This document shows positions 29,778-38,488 of a DNA stretch of 64,000 nucleotides, in pieces. Each line of letters begins with the position of its first letter. Positions within the stretch are counted from its first letter, which is position 1. The notes under the pieces were generated by a model, which worked only from the letters and a program-made list of their open reading frames with translations, searched no databases and was not told where the DNA came from. The position numbers and the translations under genes are program-made. The DNA comes from Candidatus Hodarchaeota archaeon. GTDB lineage: Archaea > Asgardarchaeota > Lokiarchaeia > Sigyniarchaeales > SOKP01. Where the stretch lies: NCBI GenBank assembly GCA_048887225.1, contig JBHLJY010000013.1, forward strand, positions 1 through 64,000. Direction: 5' to 3'.

Positions 29778-30481
29778 CTCTGATAGAGCTTTTTTCTAAT
29801 AAGTGATTTCCGATTAGCTAGTTTTTTTAAAACTTCCTCAGTAGATTCATTAAAATCAATTGGTTTCTTTAAAAATACACCTGTTCTGCCATATTTTTCT
29901 CTTTTTAAGAGAACTTTTTTTCTTTCCGCTACTGCGTTAATACTTATTCCAACTTCCTTAGCGGCCATTGCCTCGTTACCTATTATCGAAATTTCTTCGT
30001 GTCCTTTTGATGTAGGTTTAATTAACACTAATCTCTTATCTATTCCTGGTATTCTATATCCTTCTTTTAATTGATGCAAATTAATTTTTCCTCCAAAATC
30101 ATAAAATTCCACTTCATTTTTTCCTAATTTAGATATCGGAATAGTAATGCTTTCTAGTTCGCTCAAATAGATATATAATTTTATAGAATCTTTTGGAGTC
30201 GCCATTATTATTTCTCTAAAATAATCATTAATGCTATTTTTATCTAATAAGAGTTCAATTTGAAAAGAAGGTATTTGATCTGTAAATATTATATCAATAT
30301 CGCTATTTTGATGTACATTTCCCCGAGCTATACTTCCATAAATAAATGGATTGAACCGCTCTTTTGTGAACATTTCCATTAGTTTAATAGCTCGAGCTCT
30401 TTTAGCCTTCAAAATCGCCCAATCATTTTCTGAATATACGATAGTATCAATATGATCTCTTAAGATCTTTTCTTTTGACAT
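29774..30481 (-). CDS. Pol-beta-like nucleotidyltransferase, archaeal family
   Basis: YGSIARGNV...SDIDI, EFYDFGG, PGIDKRL and R...GRTGVF motifs. Confidence 0.85.
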   Translation of the reverse strand: MSKEKILRDHIDTIVYSENDWAILKAKRARAIKLMEMFTKERFNPFIYGSIARGNVHQNSDIDIIFTDQIPSFQIELLLDKNSINDYFREIIMATPKDSIKLYIYLSELESITIPISKLGKNEVEFYDFGGKINLHQLKEGYRIPGIDKRLVLIKPTSKGHEEISIIGNEAMAAKEVGISINAVAERKKVLLKREKYGRTGVFLKKPIDFNESTEEVLKKLANRKSLIRKKLYQR

Positions 30482-30496
30482 ATATAACTAAAAAAT

Positions 30497-31327
30497 TCAG
30501 TCTTTCAACAAATTATTGTTAATTAAATAAATAATTATCCCTAGAAGTATTGTCTCGTAATACTTAAACGATCTTTTAGCTTTTTCTAAAGTTATCAACT
30601 TAAAAACTCTACTAGTTTCATTATTAAATACTTTTAAAAATTTTTTTAAATTTTTATTAGGGATAAAAAGGCTTAAATTTTTACTGAAAATTACGTAAAT
30701 AGGTGATTTTAAGTCATTAAGGGTAGAAGCTTCAGAAAAATTTCCTATAATAATACTTTTAAAGTTTGGATTTAATAGAAAAATACCCCTATTTTTGGGA
30801 TCGGACAGTGTAGAATTTTGTAAGAAGCTAAGTTTTAAATAATTAATTAATATATAATTTGAGTTAGATATAAAATCTTTTTCTATAAAAATATTTATTA
30901 TGTCAGAAAAAATATTCTCCCTTTCTTTTTGCATATTGTTATCGAAAACAAGATTGTCATAGTCGAGTGCAACTTTAAAATCTACAATAATTACATTAAA
31001 TCCGTAACTTGCCAATCCTTCCGTTAAAACATATAACAATTTTCTTTTTTTAGTTGTTTTACTTATAATAATTATAGGTTTTGAGTTTATTTGTTTCTTT
31101 ATCGAGATATTTCTTACAAAACTCAAATTTTTAATATTGAAATATTGACTTTTAAGTGGAATGTCTGATTTTCTATAATTAATACTTTCTAAGATCTCAT
31201 TTGATAGGGAAGCCCTCCAGCGAGATCTTTCTTTAAATAATTTTACACTAATTAGAACTAAAAGTAACAATATAATTATTACTGTATCTATGAAAATCCA
31301 ATCTAACCTAAAGATATCAATAACCAT
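30497..31327 (-). CDS. Membrane-anchored protein with degenerate alpha/beta-hydrolase-like fold
   Basis: N-terminal TM helix; EGLASYGFNVIIVDF; no GxSxG nucleophile elbow. Confidence 0.5.
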   Translation of the reverse strand: MVIDIFRLDWIFIDTVIIILLLLVLISVKLFKERSRWRASLSNEILESINYRKSDIPLKSQYFNIKNLSFVRNISIKKQINSKPIIIISKTTKKRKLLYVLTEGLASYGFNVIIVDFKVALDYDNLVFDNNMQKERENIFSDIINIFIEKDFISNSNYILINYLKLSFLQNSTLSDPKNRGIFLLNPNFKSIIIGNFSEASTLNDLKSPIYVIFSKNLSLFIPNKNLKKFLKVFNNETSRVFKLITLEKAKRSFKYYETILLGIIIYLINNNLLKD

Positions 31328-31348
31328 AATAGAAAAAATCTGAATTTT

Positions 31349-31666
31349 TTATTTATTCACTACTTCACTTATCCAATCTAGATAAGTTTTAGATCCCTTT
31401 TCAATTTTAAACCCAATACATTCAGGATTTTCGTAACTATGAATTTCATGAACCTTTTTAATTAAAAGATCACTTTTTTCCTCGGAAGTTTTAATAAATA
31501 AAAGATGCTCATTATCTTTTTCTATTTTTCCCTCCCACTCGTATATAGATGTAATATTTTGTATTATATTTACACAGGCAGCTAACTTACTTTCGACTAA
31601 AGTCCTAGCAATTTCTTTACCTTCATCAATATTACCAACGGTGACTAGAAAAAGGTATTTACTCAT
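31349..31666 (-). CDS. cutA: Divalent-cation tolerance protein CutA
   Basis: LVESKLAACVN, SIYEWEGKI, IKT, HSYENPE and YLDW motifs. Confidence 0.93.
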   Translation of the reverse strand: MSKYLFLVTVGNIDEGKEIARTLVESKLAACVNIIQNITSIYEWEGKIEKDNEHLLFIKTSEEKSDLLIKKVHEIHSYENPECIGFKIEKGSKTYLDWISEVVNK

Positions 31667-31921
31667 TTTAACACCACTTACAGCATTTTTATATTAGTTA
31701 ATAACTAATTCTATTTAATTTCAAGTTTTTTTGATATTGCATATCAACTAAAAAAAAAATCCAGAAACTAAATATTAAATATTAAATATTAATTGTAATA
31801 TTAATAATAAAATTACATTTGAAATAATTCTATTAGAAAAAAATTATAATATAAGTTTATAAGAATATAGTCAAGTTAATTTTTAAATATAATAATCATT
31901 ACAACGAAAATCTTTTAGGAG

Positions 31922-32656
31922 GTGTTCTTAATCCTACATAATGTATATTTGATCCATCAATTAACAGGTATTTGCTTAGTTCACCGTAAATATGGAAGCA
32001 TCGAGTTCAATCAAGATTTAGTATCAGGATTTTTAACTGCTCTCAAAGATTTTAGCGTAGAGTTTTCTAAAGGGAGTGGAGAATTAAAAGTTATCGATAT
32101 GCAAATCTTTTATTTGATGCTTGTCTTTAAGGAGGGGGTATTAATAACTGCGGCGGCAGATAAAAACGACGATAGTAAAATTACTCATAGAGCCTTAACC
32201 GATATAATCGATAAATTTGTTGAAAAATATGGAGATCAAATAACAACATGGTCCGGTGATGTTCGTATCTTCAAAGATTTTAATCATGTAATAGATGATG
32301 TCTTAGAAAATGGTAAGGTTGCCGAAATTCAACTAAAAATTCCAATTCTTAAAATCTACAAAAAGGATTTTCTCAAATCTCAAGCTATAATCGCAAAAAA
32401 AGGATTGTTATTATCTGAGGAAGATTTAAGGAAGTGTGAAGATAAAAAACCAGAATGGACGAAAAAGAGACTTCCTAAACAAGTAATTACTCAAGGATTT
32501 TTAGATAAAAAGCAGTATGAAATTGCGCATATAGCCGACGGCTTTCACACAATAGCCGAAATTGCCGAAGAGGCTGGTACACCTCAGTCAGAAGTACAAA
32601 CGATTATAGATAGTTTGGATCAATTGGGTCTTCTAAAATTCATCGAAATAGCTTAG
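31922..32656 (+). CDS. Longin-like domain protein with C-terminal HTH
   Basis: N-terminal VYLIH..TGICL...DLVSGFLTAL..F is the Asgard longin-type pattern; C-terminal DGFHTIAEIAEEAG...IIDSLDQLGLL is a wHTH. Confidence 0.7.
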   Translation: MFLILHNVYLIHQLTGICLVHRKYGSIEFNQDLVSGFLTALKDFSVEFSKGSGELKVIDMQIFYLMLVFKEGVLITAAADKNDDSKITHRALTDIIDKFVEKYGDQITTWSGDVRIFKDFNHVIDDVLENGKVAEIQLKIPILKIYKKDFLKSQAIIAKKGLLLSEEDLRKCEDKKPEWTKKRLPKQVITQGFLDKKQYEIAHIADGFHTIAEIAEEAGTPQSEVQTIIDSLDQLGLLKFIEIA

Positions 32657-33150
32657 AAAATTGCTAATAAGATTTTTTTTTTAACTTCTATCCTTTAATT
32701 TCTTTTATAATAAATTAAAGTTTCAATTTTTTGTATCTTATATTTGTTTTTAGGATTTTATTTTCTAAATTACAGCCCAGTCTTTTTTTTTATTTAAATA
32801 TAACTAGCTTAATTATATAAACGATGTGATAAAAATGGAAAAAAAAGACAAAATTGGATGCAGTTTAGACTACAAAGCTGATCCTACTGGAATCTTTGTT
32901 AATCCATAAATCCAAACTTATCTTATAGGACTTATAAAAAATAACCTTTTTATTATTCTATAAGAATTTATAAAACTCCAGATTTCTTCGATTTTTCGAA
33001 GATTTTATGGATTTTTATGAAATATCAAGCAACCATAAAAATCATAGATCTTAATGAAATTAATATTATTTTTTAAGACATAATATTTTAATCAAAAAGT
33101 GAATACAACTATTTATAATTAATAGTATTTTATTAAAGATTTTGAAGTAT

Positions 33151-34652
33151 ATGAGTATAGAAAAAATAGCTGAAAATGTTTATGAAATAAATCCAACGGT
33201 ATTAATGGTTCATTTAAAAGGTAAGATCGAAAAATTTCAAATGAGAGTGCCTGTTCACATTTACGCAAGTGAATATCTTTTGAATCAAATAAAGCAAGAT
33301 AGGACTATAGACCAAATAAGTAATGTTGCGTGTTTACCAGGAATACGGAAACATGCTATTGCTCTCGCTGATGCGCATCAAGGTTATGGATTTTGCATTG
33401 GAGGAGTTGCTGGGACTGATGCCTCAGATGGTATGATATCGCCAGGAGGCGTTGGATACATAAAAGTATAGGCTTTTATGCCAAAAACGACATAAACTGC
33501 GGTTGCAGACTTCTCCGTACGAGCTTATTTGAAAAAGATATTAAACCTGTTTTACCCAATTTATTAAATTCGATATTTAAAAATATTCCTTCAGGTTTAG
33601 GATCAAAAGGCAAATTAAATTTAAGATATTCAGATTTAGATAAAGTTTTAAACAATGGATTAAATTGGACCTTGGATAAGGGATATGCAATCGATGAAGA
33701 CCTTAAACATTGCGAAGAAAATGGATTTTTGACGGATGCGGACGCTAATTTAGTATCACAAAAAGCAAAGCAACGGGCAATTAAACAGCTTGGTTCTTTA
33801 GGGAGTGGAAACCATTTTATTGAAATACAAAGAGTTAATGAGATTTATAATGAAAAAATAGCAAAGAAACTTGGAATTAATAACAAAAACCAGATAACTG
33901 TTATGATTCACACCGGTAGTAGAGCCTTAGGTCACCAAGTTTGTACTGATTCTTTAAGAAATATTGAAAGAGCAATGAAAAATTATAAAATCAGAGTTCC
34001 TGACAGAGAGCTTGCATGCGTCCCTTCTAATACTCCTGAAGCAAAAAATTATTTGAGTCAAATGGCATGTGCTGCGAATTTTGGATTTTGTAATCGACAA
34101 TTGATAACACATTGGCTACGAGAATCGTTTCAAGATATATTTAGAAAAGACCACAACTCTTTGGATCTGAATTTAATTTATGGTGTTTGCCATAATATCT
34201 TAAAAATAGAAGAACACGAAGTTGATGGTGTAAAAATGACGCTGAATGTCCATCGCAAAGGGGCAACTAGGGCTTTCCCTGCAGGGCATCCAGATGTACC
34301 TCAAGATTATAAGGATATAGGGCAACCAGCATTAATACCTGGTACTATGGGATCGGCTTCATATTTATGCGTCGGTAAACCAAGAGCAATGGAGCTCTCT
34401 TTTGGTTCTACAGCTCATGGTTCAGGTAGGATGATGTCCCGTTCAAAAGCTAAGAGAAAATATTGGGGTAAACAAATAAAAGAAGATTTGAGTAAAAAGG
34501 GAATTTTAGTGAAAGCAGCTTCAATCCAAGTAATTGCAGAAGAGGCTCCAGGTGCTTATAAAAATATAGATCAAGTTGTTAATGTAAGTCATGATCTTGG
34601 AATAGTAGAAAAAATTGTCAGGTTAGTACCAATTGGAGTTGTAAAAGGATAA
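33151..34652 (+). CDS. rtcB: RNA-splicing ligase RtcB; two exons (33151-33457, 33487-34652), ~490 aa after removal of a 29-nt BHB intron
   Basis: Exon 1 encodes [13 protein letters not shown]...ISPGGVG. Exon 2 is stop-free from DINCGCRL through [44 protein letters not shown] and EEAPGAYK. The alternative start is TTG at 33142. Confidence 0.92.
33458..33486 (+). other. Putative 29-nt BHB-type mRNA intron in rtcB
   Basis: Central helix TTGG (33452-55) / CCAA (33481-84); 3-nt bulges ATA (33456-58) and AAA (33485-87); intron stem CATAAAAG (33459-66) / CTTTTATG (33473-80); outer pairs CG/CG. Canonical cuts give GGA T|AC GAC = G-Y-D in frame. Confidence 0.85.
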
Positions 34653-34657
34653 TACAA

Positions 34658-35089
34658 TCATATATCAAAAACTATGTTTATTATAACATTATCTTCGCTC
34701 TCATCAATATTAATAAATGAATACGTAATCGCCTTTACTTCTGTTCCAATATCATGCTTTTTTTTATTGAATTTTTCTCCTTTCATAGTTACTTTTAATT
34801 TATAGTGCTTGTTGATTCTTTCAATATATTCTACATTAATATCATTAAATATTAATCCTTCTACATCAAAAAAATAAAGATATTCAGAAAGAAAATCGAA
34901 TAAAAGAGCCTCTTTATCCTCAGCTTTAATTTTAAAACTTTTTTCTATTTTTGGTGAGATTTTCTCTAAATTTGGAGTAATTATTGCCATTAGACTAAGA
35001 GCACATTGAGAAAAAGCTTCTTCTAGGGTTCTACCCCAGCTTTGGCTTTGAATATCCGCAGTATGATTTATATATCTAAAACCTTTCAA
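34658..35089 (-). CDS. Archease (RtcB activator)
   Basis: HTAD, G.TLEEAF, LLFDFLSE, GTEVKAITY and C-terminal FDI; convergent with rtcB, 5 nt apart. Confidence 0.93.
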   Translation of the reverse strand: MKGFRYINHTADIQSQSWGRTLEEAFSQCALSLMAIITPNLEKISPKIEKSFKIKAEDKEALLFDFLSEYLYFFDVEGLIFNDINVEYIERINKHYKLKVTMKGEKFNKKKHDIGTEVKAITYSFINIDESEDNVIINIVFDI

Positions 35090-35336
35090 TTTGATTAAAA
35101 GTATAATTAGCGTTCCTTTAAATTTTTACATTTCAACTACTTTTCTTAGGAATTTACAAATCTTCCGTAAAACATATGATCAATCTAAGGGAAATTGAAG
35201 ATTATATTTTTTTTCTCAGAGGATTGAAGTAAAAAAGAGAGATTTAAATACGGAACTTAATAGATACTAATATTTTTATAAAAAAACAAAATTTCATCCT
35301 GAAAATATAATCCTACTAAACCAATTTATCATTTTT

Positions 35337-36107
35337 TCACCAAGGAACTTCTTTTAAACCAATAATATAAGCTATAGTGTTGGCAATAATGCTTACTGAA
35401 GGTGTTAATATAATTAGAAATACTATTATATTTAAATCCGGAATCCAAAATAGATTTGGAATAATAAAAGCAGGAATACACGTTATGATTGTTGCAAATA
35501 TAACAAAGTCAAGTTGGTCTATTACCCAGAATGGAGCTCCACTTTTAATATCGAACCTTCTTTTCAAGAACGAACCTACCAAGTCACCTATAGCAGCGCC
35601 ATATGAACATAGAACAATTCTAATTATTAATGCCATAAATCCATAAGGAAAAACCCCGCCAACAAAGTAATATTCATAATACATAATATTGTCATAAATT
35701 TTATATTCATTTTCTTTAATACCGGTTATTGGAATTTCTACTATAACTGGCCACATCACAAGAAAAAGACAAAATAATACAATTGAAATAGGAATTCCAA
35801 TGTAAAGTGGACCTTTAATCAAACCTGACCAAGTTTTATTATCACCAAGAATTCTTCTACCATCTCGAAACGTTCTTCCTCCATCTATAGATTTGCCACC
35901 TCCTACTAAAACCATTCCAGCATTTGAAATGTACCCAGGAAATATGAATAAAAGGCTAAATAGTAAGATTGCAACCCAATCTTGCCAAGAAAAAAATATT
36001 GAGATTAAAAGGAAATCAATTAATAGTAAGCAACCAAAAAATACAGCCAGTCTTAACGCTATCTTAGTATGTTTTTTTTCGGCTTCATTCAATTCTCTTT
36101 TTGGCAA
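35337..36107 (-). CDS. carS: CDP-archaeol synthase
   Basis: PGYISN, IDGG...DGRRILGDNKTW.G, GDLVGSFLKRR, DQLDF and GLKEVPW motifs. Confidence 0.92.
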   Translation of the reverse strand: MPKRELNEAEKKHTKIALRLAVFFGCLLLIDFLLISIFFSWQDWVAILLFSLLFIFPGYISNAGMVLVGGGKSIDGGRTFRDGRRILGDNKTWSGLIKGPLYIGIPISIVLFCLFLVMWPVIVEIPITGIKENEYKIYDNIMYYEYYFVGGVFPYGFMALIIRIVLCSYGAAIGDLVGSFLKRRFDIKSGAPFWVIDQLDFVIFATIITCIPAFIIPNLFWIPDLNIIVFLIILTPSVSIIANTIAYIIGLKEVPW

Positions 36108-36415
36108 AATTTAATACACTTAATTAAGAGATATTTTTCATAAGAATTAGTTAATTAAATTCTATTTTGTTTAATAAGATTATTAAGTCGCAATTTTATT
36201 GAAATTCGACAAGGTTTTTATAAAAGGGATTAATAAGAATTTAATAATATTACTCAATAAATAATTATCTTTTAAATACACGACAATAATATATTCAATT
36301 GTTGATAAGGTTATTTAAAACGATATTAAACTCTTGATATTCTCATATTAATTGGACGGTTAATAAATAACTTTATATATGCACTCGAAATTCTTTTATA
36401 TAATTAATTTCGACT

Positions 36416-37768
36416 GTGAAAATTATATGGTGTCCTTTAGTGTTGACGAGAAATAACAATAATAATATCAATTACAAATTTAATATTGATAAGTTCTATA
36501 AAGATTATTTAAAGGGACCGAAAATTTTTAAAAATAGAGATGCTTTGGAACCTTCATTCATTCCTAACGATTTACCTCACCGAGATAAGGAAATTCAAAA
36601 AATAGCTGAATTAACTGCGTGTGCCTTAACAGGCGATGCTCCTCCAAGTTTTCTGTGTTATGGTATGACTGGTACGGGAAAAACAGCTACAATAAGGTAT
36701 GTAAGTCAAAAATTGGCTCAACAGCCAATTTTGGAAAGTATACCATGGTGGATTTATATTAATTGTAATGTAGTTTCAACACCTTACCGAATTTTAGCTC
36801 ATATTTACAATACTATTTCTTTAAGAGAAAAAATACCTCCTACTGGCTTACCTAAGGACATAATCTTTAAAAAATTACTAGGATTATTGGATCAAAAAGT
36901 CGGAAATTCAATCTGTTTTCTTGTTTTAGACGAAATTGATAAATTAATTGAAAATAAGAAAGGTGGAAACGAAATTCTTTACGATCTTACGAGATTGAAT
37001 GAAAACTTAGATTATTGTAAAACAAGTTTAATTGGAATTTCAAATAAATTGAAATTCAGAGAAAATTTAGATCCAAGAGTATTATCCAGTTTAGGAGAAG
37101 AACTCCCGATTGTTTTTCATCCTTATAATGCAACCCAACTTGGGGATATACTTAAAGACCGAGCTAAGATTGCATTTTACGACGGAGTTTTAGAAGAGGG
37201 AATAATTCGTTTGTGTGCTGGATTAGCAGCAAAAGAAGATGGAGACGCAAGAAAAGCGCTGCAATTGTTAAGAAAGGCAGGAGAACTAGCACAAAGAGCT
37301 CAAAATAAAATAATTACTTCAAAACATCTATATGACGCACAAAATGATTTAGAAAAAGACCATATAATAGAATATATACTTGGAATGCCTCTGCAAGCAA
37401 AGTTAGTATTAACAGCGATTTATTTATTATCTAAATTTCCTGAATCTCCTGTGATCATTATTTCTGGGGATGTTTACGGAGTATACGCTGAACTATGCGA
37501 CATTATTCTAGGAATTAGAAAATTAACCGAAAGAAGAATTAGCGATTACATTAACGAATTAACATTAGCTGGTATAATCTCTGCACCAGTAAAATCAATG
37601 GGATATCACGGCAGAACTAAAGTTATTAAATTAGACATCGATATGACGTTGTTAAAGAGTGTTTTATCAAAGATAAAAAAAATTAAAAAAGTATTAAATT
37701 ATAAACCAAGTTTGCTACAATCTGATAAAGTAAAACTAAAAGACAACATTTTTAAAAGATTAATTTAA
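36416..37768 (+). CDS. cdc6: Orc1/Cdc6 replication initiator
   Basis: IFKNRDAL.P.FIP..LPHR, GMTGTGKT, LDEID, LDPRV.SS and GDARKAL motifs; C-terminal wHTH. Exact start uncertain. Confidence 0.93.
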   Translation: MKIIWCPLVLTRNNNNNINYKFNIDKFYKDYLKGPKIFKNRDALEPSFIPNDLPHRDKEIQKIAELTACALTGDAPPSFLCYGMTGTGKTATIRYVSQKLAQQPILESIPWWIYINCNVVSTPYRILAHIYNTISLREKIPPTGLPKDIIFKKLLGLLDQKVGNSICFLVLDEIDKLIENKKGGNEILYDLTRLNENLDYCKTSLIGISNKLKFRENLDPRVLSSLGEELPIVFHPYNATQLGDILKDRAKIAFYDGVLEEGIIRLCAGLAAKEDGDARKALQLLRKAGELAQRAQNKIITSKHLYDAQNDLEKDHIIEYILGMPLQAKLVLTAIYLLSKFPESPVIIISGDVYGVYAELCDIILGIRKLTERRISDYINELTLAGIISAPVKSMGYHGRTKVIKLDIDMTLLKSVLSKIKKIKKVLNYKPSLLQSDKVKLKDNIFKRLI

Positions 37769-38448
37769 CTAGAAAACTCCCAATCATTAATATCTTCTGC
37801 AATTTTATTAAGAAAAACAACAACCTTTCTCTCATTTTTTTCTTTCAATAGTAGAAATAATTTTGCTAGGTGTTTACAAAATTTTTTATTTTTAGCCCTT
37901 CGCATTTCAAAATCGTTACAATTATGATATAATATTTTATTTTTAGTATCAATTTCAATAAGATAATATTCTTTCTTTGATCCGACAACTTCAGCCTTAA
38001 TTAATCCTTTATCAAAATCAAGTATATTAATTTTGAAAGCATCATCAGATACATTAGCTGCTCGATTAATTGTATTTTTATCTAAGAAGACTTTTATTAG
38101 AGAAGAAAAATCAGAACCTCTTTCTGCTTTTAAATCATCTATTAAAGAATCAATTTTTCGACTTGAAGTAATTTTACTTGAAATAATATTTTTTCTTTCT
38201 AATTGCCAGTTTTTTAATTTCTTATTTAGATTTTGAGACAATTTAAGATAATCCTTTTCATCTTTTTTTAATAAATTACTTTTAATTGAGCTTTGAATAA
38301 ATTCTAACGCTTCTTCAGGAGATTGAAGAAATAACTCGAAAGATATTTTATACAACAAATCATTCATAGAAATATTGGGGAGATCTATTATTTTCCAAAT
38401 AGATAATATTAGCTCCTCAATATTTTTCCGAGGGAGTGAGAAGTTCAT
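37765..38448 (-). CDS. SWIM-type zinc finger protein
   Basis: V.GS...Y.I.ID...HNCNDF...FCKHLAKL; co-directional with and downstream of DP1. Confidence 0.7.
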   Translation of the reverse strand: MNFSLPRKNIEELILSIWKIIDLPNISMNDLLYKISFELFLQSPEEALEFIQSSIKSNLLKKDEKDYLKLSQNLNKKLKNWQLERKNIISSKITSSRKIDSLIDDLKAERGSDFSSLIKVFLDKNTINRAANVSDDAFKINILDFDKGLIKAEVVGSKKEYYLIEIDTKNKILYHNCNDFEMRRAKNKKFCKHLAKLFLLLKEKNERKVVVFLNKIAEDINDWEFSS

Positions 38449-38488
38449 TTAAATCTAATTATAAAATTATATTAATTACTAGTAATAT

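Noticed and set aside
31770-31793. TAAATAT tandem repeat in the cutA/longin intergenic region
   Set aside because: Low-complexity AT sequence; only about three copies.
33142-34652. rtcB as a pseudogene, a split gene, a programmed frameshift or an intein-containing gene
   Set aside because: The lesion is a discrete 29-nt structured insert whose BHB-predicted removal restores the motif exactly. A simple frameshift would leave extra residues in the active site, there is no intein-sized ORF, and the rest of the gene is intact.
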